Positions 43,018 through 52,056 of a stretch of 64,000 bases of DNA are shown here, in pieces. The stretch spans positions 205,412 to 269,411 of the forward strand of contig NVXD01000015.1 in the NCBI GenBank assembly GCA_002746415.1. Reading direction: 5' to 3'. Under the pieces are notes generated by a model that searched no databases, was not told the DNA's origin, and worked only from the letters and a program-made list of their open reading frames with translations. The stretch comes from Flavobacteriaceae bacterium (GTDB taxonomy: Bacteria; Bacteroidota; Bacteroidia; Flavobacteriales; Flavobacteriaceae). Positions within the stretch are counted from its first letter, which is position 1. Each line of letters starts with the position of its first letter. The position numbers were made by a program, and so were the translations under genes.

Positions 43018-43500
43018 ATGAGCCTAGTTATAAAAGCATATGTCATGAAGGAATTTGCACAGCCCATTAGGTTTGGAATTGCCACAAGTGGTTGTCTTAT
43101 TGCATATTTTTTGGTTTTGGCTTTATTTGGAAAACACACCAATATTTATTACAGTCTTTTTAATGTTATTATTACGGGTTATGGCATTTATGAATCCATA
43201 AAGTATTTTAAATATAAAAATGGGAAGGATTTTAATTATACCAGTGGATTCACTACTGGACTCGTAACTGGTTTTGTTGCAACATTTATTTTCACTTTTT
43301 TTTTCGCTTTTTATGCTACTGAGGTAGACACTTCTTTTTTAAGACAACTTTCAGCAATTTGGTACAAGAGGTTTGAGAGTTTTGAAGGAATAGTATTTTT
43401 CACAGTGGCAATAATGGGCATAACCACTTCTTTGGTATTAACCTTATCCTTCATGCAATTGTTTAAAACCTCCAATAACCTCAGTAAAAAATCACTTTAA
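43018..43500 (+). CDS. DUF4199-like small membrane protein
   Basis: Four predicted TM helices (FGIATSGCLIAYFLVLALFG...). An alternative start is MKEF at 43045. Confidence 0.4.
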   Translation: MSLVIKAYVMKEFAQPIRFGIATSGCLIAYFLVLALFGKHTNIYYSLFNVIITGYGIYESIKYFKYKNGKDFNYTSGFTTGLVTGFVATFIFTFFFAFYATEVDTSFLRQLSAIWYKRFESFEGIVFFTVAIMGITTSLVLTLSFMQLFKTSNNLSKKSL

Positions 43501-43514
43501 ATATTACAAATCAC

Positions 43515-43544
43515 TTGTGGAATACCGAATTAGCTGTATATTTG
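43515..43544 (+). promoter_or_regulatory. candidate Bacteroidota sigma-A promoter of rplU-rpmA (-33 TTG / -7 TAtaTTTG, 19-nt spacer)
   Basis: cTTGtgg at 43515-17 and TATATTTG at 43537-44, with a leader of about 50 nt before the rplU ATG. Confidence 0.4.
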
Positions 43545-43600
43545 CACCCGCCTATTGAAAAAAATGGGTTAATTATTTTAAATAAAAAAATATACACATT

Positions 43601-44134
43601 ATGTATGCAATCGTAGAGATAGCAGGGCAGCAGTTTAAAGTTGCAAAAGACCAAAAAGTGTATGTTCACCGTTTACAAGAGGACGAAGGAAAGAAAGTAT
43701 CTTTCAACAACGTTCTTCTTATAGAAGATGGTAAGAGCATTACAATTGGCGCCCCAGCTATAGACGGAGCCGCAGTAGAGGCAAAAGTCGTTAAACACCT
43801 AAAAGGAGATAAAGTTATCGTCTTTAAAAAGAAAAGACGTAAGGGTTACAAAAAGAAAAATGGCCATCGCCAGTATTTAACTGAGTTGGTAATTGAAGGT
43901 ATTGTTGCCAAAGGTGCAAAGAAAGCAGCTCCAAAAGCTGAAGCTAAAAAAGAAGCACCAGCTAAGGCGGATGTAGCTCCAAAAGCAGCAGCTCCTAAAA
44001 AAGAAGCTCCAAAAGCAACAGAAGATTTAAGCAAAAAAACAGTTGCTGAATTAAAAGAGTTGGCAAAAACTGCTGGAATTGAAGGATTGTCTTCAATGAA
44101 AAAAGCAGATATCATTGCAGCTTTAAGTAAATAA
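43601..44134 (+). CDS. rplU: 50S ribosomal protein L21 with Lys/Ala/Pro-rich and Rho_N/SAP-like C-terminal extension
   Basis: N-terminal 103 aa is canonical L21 (MYAIVEIAGQQFKV...). The extension AKKAAPKAEAKKEAPAKADVAPKAAAPKKEAPKA is followed by TVAELKELAKTAGIEGLSSMKKADIIAALSK. Confidence 0.9.
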   Translation: MYAIVEIAGQQFKVAKDQKVYVHRLQEDEGKKVSFNNVLLIEDGKSITIGAPAIDGAAVEAKVVKHLKGDKVIVFKKKRRKGYKKKNGHRQYLTELVIEGIVAKGAKKAAPKAEAKKEAPAKADVAPKAAAPKKEAPKATEDLSKKTVAELKELAKTAGIEGLSSMKKADIIAALSK

Positions 44135-44160
44135 AAAGAAACGAATAAAAACAATATATC

Positions 44161-44421
44161 ATGGCACACAAAAAAGGTGTAGGTAGTTCGAAAAACGGTA
44201 GAGAATCAGAATCAAAACGTTTAGGCGTAAAGATTTTTGGTGGTCAAGCTGCTATTGCTGGTAACATTATTGTAAGACAGCGTGGTACTAGACATAATCC
44301 AGGTGCTAATGTTTATGCAGGGAAAGACCATACGTTACATGCTAGAGTAGATGGTCTTGTAAAGTTTACAAAAAAAGTCGGTGGAAAATCATTTGTTTCC
44401 ATTGAGCCATTTGAAGCTTAG
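44161..44421 (+). CDS. rpmA: 50S ribosomal protein L27
   Basis: [29 protein letters not shown]... Confidence 0.95.
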   Translation: MAHKKGVGSSKNGRESESKRLGVKIFGGQAAIAGNIIVRQRGTRHNPGANVYAGKDHTLHARVDGLVKFTKKVGGKSFVSIEPFEA

Positions 44422-44444
44422 TAGCATTACTATTAAAATATTTA

Positions 44445-44482
44445 AAACCCTCTCTGCTTGCAGAAAGGGTTTTTTGTTTTTA
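44445..44482. terminator. intrinsic terminator after rplU-rpmA (bidirectional position)
   Basis: ccctctctgc-tt-gcagaaaggg (one mismatch) followed by ttttttgttttt. Confidence 0.65.
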
Positions 44483-44486
44483 TAAC

Positions 44487-45008
44487 CTAAAGTAATTTGT
44501 CCGCTACTTCGAGCCAAGTGTTTACGCGCTCAAAGCCATTGCTATGAATATTGTGACCAGAAGTAAACAGAAGGGAACGTCCATCAAAATGTTCAAGATT
44601 ATAACTTCTGTCATCAATTAAAATATCTCCTTTTAGAATATGTTTGTCGCCGCAAAGTATTCTTTTTTTCCAGTCTATAAAGGGAAAATATTCATCTAAC
44701 CACTCACTTTTTTCCAATAATGAATTTGGAAATTGCATAGCGGCAGAAGCAATATAGAGTTCATATTTCTGGGATAACTCTTTTAAAACTGGCTGACTAT
44801 CCTTTATAGGCTTAAGGTCTCTAAAAAAACCAATAGTATTTGCGTGGTTTCTCACACTTGCCTGTCTGCCTTCTGGTACTGCCTTCCAGACCTCATTCCC
44901 CCAACAATCTTCCAGGGTTAAATTTTCTTGAAATTCATTGTTGTATATTTCTATATGTGCGTAATAGGTATCGGCAATTACCTCGTCCATGTCAATAAAT
45001 AGGCTCAT
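44487..45008 (-). CDS. HAD-superfamily 5'(3')-deoxyribonucleotidase (NT5C family)
   Basis: N-terminal DMDEV (DxDxV) nucleophile motif, 173 aa. The overall pattern matches NT5C-type nucleotidases. Confidence 0.65.
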   Translation of the reverse strand: MSLFIDMDEVIADTYYAHIEIYNNEFQENLTLEDCWGNEVWKAVPEGRQASVRNHANTIGFFRDLKPIKDSQPVLKELSQKYELYIASAAMQFPNSLLEKSEWLDEYFPFIDWKKRILCGDKHILKGDILIDDRSYNLEHFDGRSLLFTSGHNIHSNGFERVNTWLEVADKLL

Positions 45009-45160
45009 AGTTTAAATTTTTTTACGAAGTTCCAAAAAAACAAAATGCTATTGAAGGGATTCTATGAACTTATTTTTTGATTGCGAGATTGAATCAATGA
45101 ATGCATATTTTTTTGGACAAGTATTATTTTTTATTTTTAACAGATGGTTTTTAATTCATA

Positions 45161-45739
45161 ATGATGAAAAAAATAATTCTCCTGTTGGTTGTAATGTTAT
45201 GTGTTTCATATAGCAAAGAGAAAACATATCAAATAGGTCAAATACAAACCCCTAAGGGTGAAATTTTAGTTTGGTTGCACAATGAGACACCAAAACATAA
45301 AGAAAGCTTTATAGCATTAGCAAATGCTGGTTATTGGGATACGCTGTCTTTTAATCGCGTTATTCCAAATTTTGTTGCTCAAGGTGGGTGCCCAGATACT
45401 CCAGAGGGTTTTAATGACCCAGAATACCTATTGAAACCAGAATTTAATGAAACGCTTTTGCATGAATATGGTGCTTTGGGTGCTGGAAGGGATGGTAATG
45501 CCGAAAAACTCTCAGCTAGATGTCAGTTTTATATTGTGCAGAATAAGGAGGGTTTGCATCGTTTGGATGGTGATTATACCGTATTTGGTAAAGTGATAAA
45601 GGGAATGGATGTTATAGACGCAATAGTAAATGTAGCACGAGATACAACAGATGCCCCTCTGACACCAATTACTTTAGATGTAAATATGATTTCCATTAAG
45701 GAATCTGATTTGCAAAAACTATATCCTGAGTATGATTAG
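45161..45739 (+). CDS. peptidyl-prolyl cis-trans isomerase, cyclophilin type (secreted)
   Basis: Signal peptide MMKKIILLLVVML and the cyclophilin motif FNRVIPNFVAQGG. Confidence 0.85.
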   Translation: MMKKIILLLVVMLCVSYSKEKTYQIGQIQTPKGEILVWLHNETPKHKESFIALANAGYWDTLSFNRVIPNFVAQGGCPDTPEGFNDPEYLLKPEFNETLLHEYGALGAGRDGNAEKLSARCQFYIVQNKEGLHRLDGDYTVFGKVIKGMDVIDAIVNVARDTTDAPLTPITLDVNMISIKESDLQKLYPEYD

Positions 45740-45786
45740 TTTTTCATTTACCCTAAAAAATTGGTAAATCAAAAATAGGGATGTAA

Positions 45787-45820
45787 AAAACCCTCACATT
45801 TCTGGGAGGGTTTAAATTAT
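45787..45820. terminator. bidirectional intrinsic terminator between PPIase and ahcY
   Basis: aaccctc-acatttctgg-gagggtt flanked by an A-run and a T/A-rich tract. Confidence 0.5.
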
Positions 45821-45856
45821 TTTATGTTGCTGAAGCAAGTTCAGCAGAGACATAAT

Positions 45857-47167
45857 CTAGTATCTATAGTACTCAGGTTTAAAAGGTCCCTTCACTGTTA
45901 CACCAATGTATTTTGCTTGGTCATCTCGTAACTCAGTAAGTTCAACACCAATTTTTGCCAGATGTAATTTTGCCACCTTTTCATCCAAATATTTAGGTAA
46001 CATATACACCTCATTTTTATAAGCGTCTCTGTTTGTCCAAAGCTCAATTTGAGCCAATGTTTGGTTAGTAAAGGAGTTACTCATTACAAAACTTGGGTGT
46101 CCTGTAGCACAGCCTAAGTTTACCAAACGACCTTCTGCCAATAAGAGAATGTCTTTACCATTTACAATGTATTTGTCCACTTGTGGCTTGATTTCAACTT
46201 TTTCATGGTTGTCATTCAGCCAAGCAACGTCAATTTCATTATCAAAATGTCCAATATTGCAAACAATGGCCTTGTCTTTCATTGCTTCAAAATGGCGTCC
46301 TTGTACAATGTCTTTATTTCCTGTAGTTGTAATAATAATATCCGCATTGCCAACCACTGTCTCCAATTTTTTAACTTCGAAACCATCCATTGCAGCCTGT
46401 AAGGCACAAATTGGGTCAATTTCAGTAATGGTTACAATGCTACCAGCGCCCTTAAAAGAAGCAGCTGTGCCTTTACCAACATCACCATAACCACAGACTA
46501 CAACTCGTTTTCCTGCCAGCATGATATCTGTAGCTCTTCGGATTGCATCTACAGCACTTTCCTTGCATCCATATTTATTATCAAACTTGGATTTGGTTAC
46601 ACTATCATTCACATTAATTGCAGGCATTGGTAAGGTTCCTGCTTTCATACGATCATACAAACGATGAACACCAGTAGTGGTTTCTTCGCTTAAACCATTA
46701 ATTCCTTGGGCCAATTCTGGATACCTATCCAATACCATATTAGTAAGATCTCCACCATCATCCAAAATGAGATTTAAGGGAGTGCGATCTTCTCCAAAAA
46801 ATAAGGTTTGTTCTATACACCAATTAAATTCTTCCTCGCTTAATCCTTTCCAAGCATAAACAGGTACTCCGGTTGCAGCGATTGCAGCTGCAGCATGGTC
46901 TTGTGTGGAAAATATATTGCAAGAACTCCATGTGACATCAGCACCAAGGGCTACCAAAGTTTCAATAAGTACAGCTGTCTGTATGGTCATGTGCAAACAT
47001 CCAGCAATACGTGCGCCTTTTAAAGGTTGCGATTCCTTATGTTCTTCTCGTAAAGACATTAAACCAGGCATTTCTGCTTCAGCTAATTCAATTTCTTTTC
47101 TTCCCCATTCAGCAAGGGTAATATCCTTTACTTTGTATGGTTTATATGGGATAGTTTCAGTGCTCAT
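45857..47167 (-). CDS. ahcY: adenosylhomocysteinase
   Basis: 436 aa with an NAD-binding domain ([10 protein letters not shown]) and the conserved N-terminal [12 protein letters not shown]. Confidence 0.97.
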   Translation of the reverse strand: MSTETIPYKPYKVKDITLAEWGRKEIELAEAEMPGLMSLREEHKESQPLKGARIAGCLHMTIQTAVLIETLVALGADVTWSSCNIFSTQDHAAAAIAATGVPVYAWKGLSEEEFNWCIEQTLFFGEDRTPLNLILDDGGDLTNMVLDRYPELAQGINGLSEETTTGVHRLYDRMKAGTLPMPAINVNDSVTKSKFDNKYGCKESAVDAIRRATDIMLAGKRVVVCGYGDVGKGTAASFKGAGSIVTITEIDPICALQAAMDGFEVKKLETVVGNADIIITTTGNKDIVQGRHFEAMKDKAIVCNIGHFDNEIDVAWLNDNHEKVEIKPQVDKYIVNGKDILLLAEGRLVNLGCATGHPSFVMSNSFTNQTLAQIELWTNRDAYKNEVYMLPKYLDEKVAKLHLAKIGVELTELRDDQAKYIGVTVKGPFKPEYYRY

Positions 47168-47332
47168 CTGTACGTTTTTTATTGTGGTTAAATATAATTA
47201 GCAATATGGTATTTGGATTGATTTGAAATCTTTGCTTGCTTGCTTATATCGTAATTTTTTCTTATTTTAAGTATTATCTGTGGTTTCATCAATTTCGACG
47301 GCTACAAAGGTAATGATAAGTTAAATAAACAT

Positions 47333-48019
47333 ATGCCTCTTTATAAAACTATAACAATAACGCCTAAGGTTAAACTCTATATTTGGAAGATAGAAGAGTC
47401 TGAGGTTGAACTTTCTAAGGACATTGTGCTTACTTCTCATTGTCAAGAGAGAATGGATGGTATGAAATCTGAAATGCATCGTAGAGGTTTCTTGAGTATT
47501 AGGCACTTAATGGCAGAAGCGGGGTATATTGATCACGATTTATTTTATGATGATGCAGGCAAGCCCCATTTAAAGGATGGTAGGTTTATTTCTATTACTC
47601 ATTCCAATCATTTTACTGGAATTATTGTTGCAGATAAAGATGATGTGGGTATAGATATTGAGAAGCAGCGAGAAAAAATATTGAGAATAGCCTATAAATT
47701 TACTCCCTTGGAAGAATACCGAACCTTGGCCAATACAGCAGCCATAGTTCGTAAATTAACCATGGTATGGGGAGCAAAAGAATCACTTTACAAAATTTAC
47801 TCAACACATGGTTTAAGTTTCTTACAACATATAAATGTGAATGATTTTTCCTTGAAAGAAGAAGGAACCACAACAACTACCGCTGAGGTTTTATACAAGG
47901 GAAAGGCGTCATTTTATCATGTGGGGTTTATGGAGTTTGAAGAGTTTACATGCACCTATGCCATTAAGATGGGGAACGAATTATTGGAAAATCAAATAGA
48001 TTTAAGAGCCGAGAATTAG
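47333..48019 (+). CDS. 4'-phosphopantetheinyl transferase (Sfp/EntD type)
   Basis: Motifs FISITHSNHF, GIDIE and WGAKESLYK. 228 aa. Confidence 0.75.
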   Translation: MPLYKTITITPKVKLYIWKIEESEVELSKDIVLTSHCQERMDGMKSEMHRRGFLSIRHLMAEAGYIDHDLFYDDAGKPHLKDGRFISITHSNHFTGIIVADKDDVGIDIEKQREKILRIAYKFTPLEEYRTLANTAAIVRKLTMVWGAKESLYKIYSTHGLSFLQHINVNDFSLKEEGTTTTTAEVLYKGKASFYHVGFMEFEEFTCTYAIKMGNELLENQIDLRAEN

Positions 48020-48130
48020 GTGCAAATCTGAGACAGGTATTTTGGTTATAGACAGCCTGGAGTTTAATTTTTAGAGTTCTGAAAATGGTACAAAGTCCAA
48101 GCTGAAGAGACTAGTTCAAAAAAAGAAGCA

Positions 48131-48138
48131 GTACTTTT
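48131..48138 (+). promoter_or_regulatory. candidate -7 element (tacttttg) for ykoF-like/pnuC operon
   Basis: TAnnTTTG match 36 nt upstream of the ATG at 48174. Confidence 0.25.
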
Positions 48139-48173
48139 GCCAAATACCCATAACGCTACAGCCAATATTCTTA

Positions 48174-48434
48174 ATGAACATATCCGTAGAATTAACATTG
48201 ACTCCGCTTCAAGACACTTTTGAGGCCCCTATCATCAACTTTATTAAAAAATTACGTTCTTCTGGACTCACAGTTTTGGAAAACCCATTGAGTACACAAA
48301 TCTATGGCGAGTATGATACCGTAATGAAAATTCTGAATACAGAAATAAAAGAAGCCTTTGAGCTAATGGATAAAGGACTCTTGTTCATGAAAATTGTAAA
48401 ATCTGACCGAAGCGAGTATGAACCACATTTTTGA
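48174..48434 (+). CDS. MTH1187/YkoF-like (DUF77) small protein, putative thiamine/HMP-binding fold
   Basis: 86 aa. The pattern VELTLTPLQ...TVLENPLSTQIYGEYDTVMKILNTEIKEAF...LLFMKIVKSDRSE parallels the MTH1187 family. Overlaps the pnuC start by 17 nt. Confidence 0.5.
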   Translation: MNISVELTLTPLQDTFEAPIINFIKKLRSSGLTVLENPLSTQIYGEYDTVMKILNTEIKEAFELMDKGLLFMKIVKSDRSEYEPHF

Positions 48435-49056
48435 TTTCTTTTTAGATTCTTACCGTAATAAAGAAGTCTATATTATTGTCATAGAAGCTATTATTTTGGT
48501 TACTGGAATAGCAAGTGTATGGTATGCTAAAAAAGAAAATATTTTAGTGTATCCAACAGGTTTAGTGGCTACAGTCCTTGCAGTTTATTTATTATTGAAA
48601 GATGGACTGTTTGGTGATATGATGATGAATTTCTATTTTTCAATAATGAGTATTTATGGATGGTGGAACTGGGCAAGAACAAAAAACAATGAAAAAGTTG
48701 TTCAGATATCCAGAACAAATACCCGCGAGAAAATCATTGGTTTTGTTTTATGTGTGCTCACAATGATAATAACATACATCGTTTATAAAGTTTTTGGCAC
48801 AGAAATTACAATTTCTAATTATATTGATATTCTAACATCTGGTTTGTTTTTTACGGGAATGTGGTACATGGCAAAAAAGAAAATTGAGAATTGGACACTA
48901 TGGATAATTGCAGATATCATTACCGTTCCCCTTTATGCATATAGGGGGTGGGGTATGCTGTCCTTTCAATATCTTATATTTACCGTTTTGGCAATACAAG
49001 CCTATTTTCTATGGAAGAAAAGTTTAGACAAAAACCCTCAGACGTTGTTAAAGTAG
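48418..49056 (+). CDS. pnuC: PnuC-family transporter (nicotinamide riboside transporter or Pnu-family vitamin paralog)
   Basis: 212 aa with about 7 TM segments and the conserved Pnu motif SIMSIYGWWNW. Confidence 0.8.
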   Translation: MNHIFDFFLDSYRNKEVYIIVIEAIILVTGIASVWYAKKENILVYPTGLVATVLAVYLLLKDGLFGDMMMNFYFSIMSIYGWWNWARTKNNEKVVQISRTNTREKIIGFVLCVLTMIITYIVYKVFGTEITISNYIDILTSGLFFTGMWYMAKKKIENWTLWIIADIITVPLYAYRGWGMLSFQYLIFTVLAIQAYFLWKKSLDKNPQTLLK

Positions 49057-49574
49057 TATTGTTTGGTCCTGAATCTACAGGAAAAACAACTTTATCAGAA
49101 CAGTTGGCCAGACATTACAACACAGTTTGGGTGCCAGAATACGCGCGTGAATTTTTACAAGATAAGTGGAACAATGAGCGCAAAACTTGTGAACCGCATG
49201 ATTTATTGCCCATTGCAGAAGGACAAATGAGGTTAGAAAACGAGCTGACAAAAAAAACAACCGATGTGTTGATTTGTGATACGGACCTTTTGGAAACTAA
49301 AGTGTATTCTGAAGCATATTATGTTGGTCATTGTGACCCTCTATTAGAGAAGTATGCTATTCAAAACACATATGATCTATATTTTTTAACGTACATAGAT
49401 GTTCCTTGGCAGCAAGATGATTTGCGGGATAAACCGAATGAACGTGAAAGAATGTTTCAATATTTTAAAGAGACTTTAGAGAAACATAATCGAAATTTTG
49501 TTACTTTAAAGGGAGATAAAAAAACGAGGTTGGCTGACGCCATTAAACATATTGACCAATTATTAAAATCATGA
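49011..49574 (+). CDS. NadR-type P-loop kinase (ribosylnicotinamide kinase-like domain)
   Basis: Walker A VVLFGPESTGKTTLSEQLA and Walker B VLICDTDLLETK, about 187 aa. The ATG at 49011 is in frame with the ORF-track start at 48948. Overlaps the pnuC 3' end by 46 nt. Confidence 0.65.
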   Translation: MEEKFRQKPSDVVKVVLFGPESTGKTTLSEQLARHYNTVWVPEYAREFLQDKWNNERKTCEPHDLLPIAEGQMRLENELTKKTTDVLICDTDLLETKVYSEAYYVGHCDPLLEKYAIQNTYDLYFLTYIDVPWQQDDLRDKPNERERMFQYFKETLEKHNRNFVTLKGDKKTRLADAIKHIDQLLKS

Positions 49575-51112
49575 CCAATTTTAGCGAAGATGATTTATTA
49601 CAATTATTAAGTAAAGGAATATCAAAAGAAAAAGTGCTTCAGCAAGTAGTTACTTTTAAAGAAGGAATCCCTTTTGTACGATTAGAAAAAGCAGCTGTAA
49701 TTTCTGAAGGTATTTCCAAATTTTCTAAAACCGAAGAGGAAGAACTAATCCAAAAGTTTGAGGCATCCTTAGAAGGATTGTCCTTATTAAAATTTGTTCC
49801 TGCCTCTGGTGCTGCTTCCAGAATGTTCAAAGCTTTATTTAATTTTTTGGAGACCTACGACCCTTCAAATGAAATGTTGGATGCCTATATAAAAAGGACT
49901 GGAGATAAGGACATTGAAACATTTTTTGATGGATATAAAAACTTTGCTTTCTATGACCTTATTCAGAACAGCATTAAAGGCAAAGGTGCTTCTAAGGATG
50001 AAGAGCAGTATTTTTTTGTAAAGAAAATGATGTTAGAGGATGGCTATAACTATGGGTTTTATCCTAAAGGATTGTTGCCTTTTCATAATTATGGCGAGTA
50101 TTCAGCGACCCCTTTTGAAGAGCATTTAAAAGAAGCGTCTGCCTACGCAAAAGCAGATGGTGTTGCGAATTTGCATTTTACAATATCTGAGCAGCATGGG
50201 AAAATGTTTAATGAAGAATTTAATAAAGTAGGGCAAAGGGTTTCGCAAAGTACAGAAACCTCTTTTAAAGTGGGGTATTCTTTCCAAAAGCCATCTACTG
50301 ATACCATTGCCGTTACAATGGACAATGAATTTTTCCGCAATTCAGATAGTTCTCTTCTATTTAGGCCTGGAGGTCATGGAGCATTGATAGAGAATTTGGA
50401 CGAGCAAGATGCAGATATTATTTTTATAAAAAACATTGACAATGTTGTGGTTCCAGAATTTGCTAAAGAGGTTGGAAAGAGCAAAAAAGTGTTAGCAGGA
50501 TTACTTGTAGAGGTGCAACAACAAGCTTTTTCCTATGCTGCCTTATTGGACATGGTTGAAATTACTGCAGAACAATTAAATGCGATTAAAGATTTTTTGG
50601 AAAACGACCTTAATGTGCGGTTTTCAGACAATTTCAGCAATTTTAGTATTGGAGAACAAATAGAGGTTCTTAAAGATAAAATTAATAGACCTATACGCGT
50701 ATGTGGTATGGTTAAAAACGAGGGAGAACCTGGAGGAGGTCCATTTTGGATAAAAGATAGAAATGGTCGTATTTCCTTACAGATTATTGAATCGGCTCAA
50801 GTAGATATAACCAACGAATCCCAACTAAATATTTTTAAGAATTCTACACATTTTAACCCAGTCGATTTGGTATGTGGAGTAAAAGATTTCAATGGTGAAA
50901 AATACAATCTTTCAAATTTTGTAGACCATCAGCAAGGATTTATTACAGAAAAAACCAAAGAGGGCAAAAATCTTAAAGCGATGGAGCTACCGGGGTTATG
51001 GAATGGTGCAATGGCTTTCTGGAACACAATTTTTGTTGAAGTACCATTAATTACTTTTAACCCTGTCAAAACGGTCAACGACCTTTTAAAACCTGCGCAT
51101 CAAAAAAAGTAA
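49571..51112 (+). CDS. DUF4301-like protein with nucleotidyltransferase (UDPGP/pyrophosphorylase)-like motifs
   Basis: 513 aa. Its start overlaps the preceding stop (ATGA). Gly-rich loop FVPASGAASRMF and RPGGHGALIENL resemble the LNGGLGTSMG and PPGHGD motifs of nucleotide-sugar pyrophosphorylases. Confidence 0.55.
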   Translation: MTNFSEDDLLQLLSKGISKEKVLQQVVTFKEGIPFVRLEKAAVISEGISKFSKTEEEELIQKFEASLEGLSLLKFVPASGAASRMFKALFNFLETYDPSNEMLDAYIKRTGDKDIETFFDGYKNFAFYDLIQNSIKGKGASKDEEQYFFVKKMMLEDGYNYGFYPKGLLPFHNYGEYSATPFEEHLKEASAYAKADGVANLHFTISEQHGKMFNEEFNKVGQRVSQSTETSFKVGYSFQKPSTDTIAVTMDNEFFRNSDSSLLFRPGGHGALIENLDEQDADIIFIKNIDNVVVPEFAKEVGKSKKVLAGLLVEVQQQAFSYAALLDMVEITAEQLNAIKDFLENDLNVRFSDNFSNFSIGEQIEVLKDKINRPIRVCGMVKNEGEPGGGPFWIKDRNGRISLQIIESAQVDITNESQLNIFKNSTHFNPVDLVCGVKDFNGEKYNLSNFVDHQQGFITEKTKEGKNLKAMELPGLWNGAMAFWNTIFVEVPLITFNPVKTVNDLLKPAHQKK

Positions 51113-51243
51113 TTTCATTAAATATCTGTCAGTCAATTAAGTGTGTTTAAAAGCACGCTTTTTTTATTCCTAAAAGTGACTTATTAATTATATGGGGGTC
51201 TTACTAATTGAGACATATAAAAGTTCAATAATATGGTAATTGG

Positions 51244-51601
51244 ATGAGAGAAAAGATATTGTTAGGTTTTTTCATAATTAGTATCCTAGTATCTATTGTT
51301 GTTTTGTGTATTGTTCTTCCCACAATGTTCTCTAATAAAAAGAAGCCTGAAAATTATGATAATGAAAGGCTTAAAAAGAAATAAAATAAGTGAGAAAAAA
51401 ATCAATTCAATGAGACACTTTATGAAGTCATTCTTTATAGGCGTTGTTACGATAACCACTTTTTTGGTAGCGTCATGGATAATGAATGAAAACAATCAAA
51501 ATGGGAACCTAATCACTTCCAATGAAATAAAAAAAATTGAAAAATCACCGTATAATGCTGTACAAACACTAACTGCTGATTATCGGGAAACCAACAATTA
51601 A
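51244..51601 (+). CDS. two overlapping candidate small single-TM proteins (47 aa at 51244-51387; about 80 aa from internal ATG 51362 to 51601)
   Basis: MREKILLGFFIISILVSIVVLCIVLPTMF... and MKGLKRNK...MRHFMKSFFIGVVTITTFLVASWIM, each with one hydrophobic helix. No homology recognised. Confidence 0.2.
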
Positions 51602-51706
51602 AAAAAGAATCTGTAATATTTTGCAAAACAAATCAGGGTCTGCATTGAGTGCTATTTTATTAAGGCTTAATGCGATTTATATGCCCTGAGTTGGTTGGTT
51701 TGGTTG

Positions 51707-51736
51707 AAAAGGCTGCTATGGCAGCCTTTTTTAAGG
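51707..51736 (+). terminator. intrinsic terminator
   Basis: aaaaggctgc-tatg-gcagcctttttt. Confidence 0.5.
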
Positions 51737-51844
51737 ATAGATATTAGTCTCCAATGAAAGCTTGATTTAGGCACAATTCATTCGGAGAATTTATTTTAAT
51801 GATATTTATCTTGTGGATATAATTTTCCTGTTTTACTTTTGCAC

Positions 51845-51930
51845 TTATCTCAAAGGGGTGCCTTAAAAAGCTGAGATTATACCCAATGAACCTGGGCGGA
51901 TAATGCTGCCAAGGGACAGAGCGTTAAGAA
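51845..51930 (+). promoter_or_regulatory. TPP (thiamine pyrophosphate) riboswitch aptamer, THI-box
   Basis: caaaGGGGTGCCttaaaaaGCTGAGAttatACCCaaTGAACCTGggcGGATAATGCtgccAAGGGAcagag matches the RF00059 consensus blocks. Lies about 130 nt upstream of the TonB receptor ATG at 52057, with a ccagc-tgatgt-gctgg hairpin at 51961-51976 in the expression platform. Confidence 0.85.
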
Positions 51931-52056
51931 AATGTCCACAAGACATGTATCGAGAAAGAACCAGCTGATGTGCTGGTATGTTCCTAAATAGGGTCGCTCA
52001 AAGTATATCAATTACTAATAAGAATAATAGCCCCTTTTATTCGTAACATTTTACGA

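Noticed and set aside
47168-47332. SAH riboswitch in the ahcY leader
   Set aside because: The 165-nt leader is AT-rich with no GC-rich pseudoknot elements of the SAH aptamer. ahcY riboswitches are mainly proteobacterial.
48020-48173. Possible second TPP riboswitch upstream of the YkoF-like/pnuC operon (GGTGC ... CTGAGA present)
   Set aside because: Only two of the THI-box blocks are present. ACCC..TGAACCTG, GGATAATGC and AAGGGA are missing, so it is not a TPP aptamer. It more likely just contains the promoter (tacttttg at 48131).
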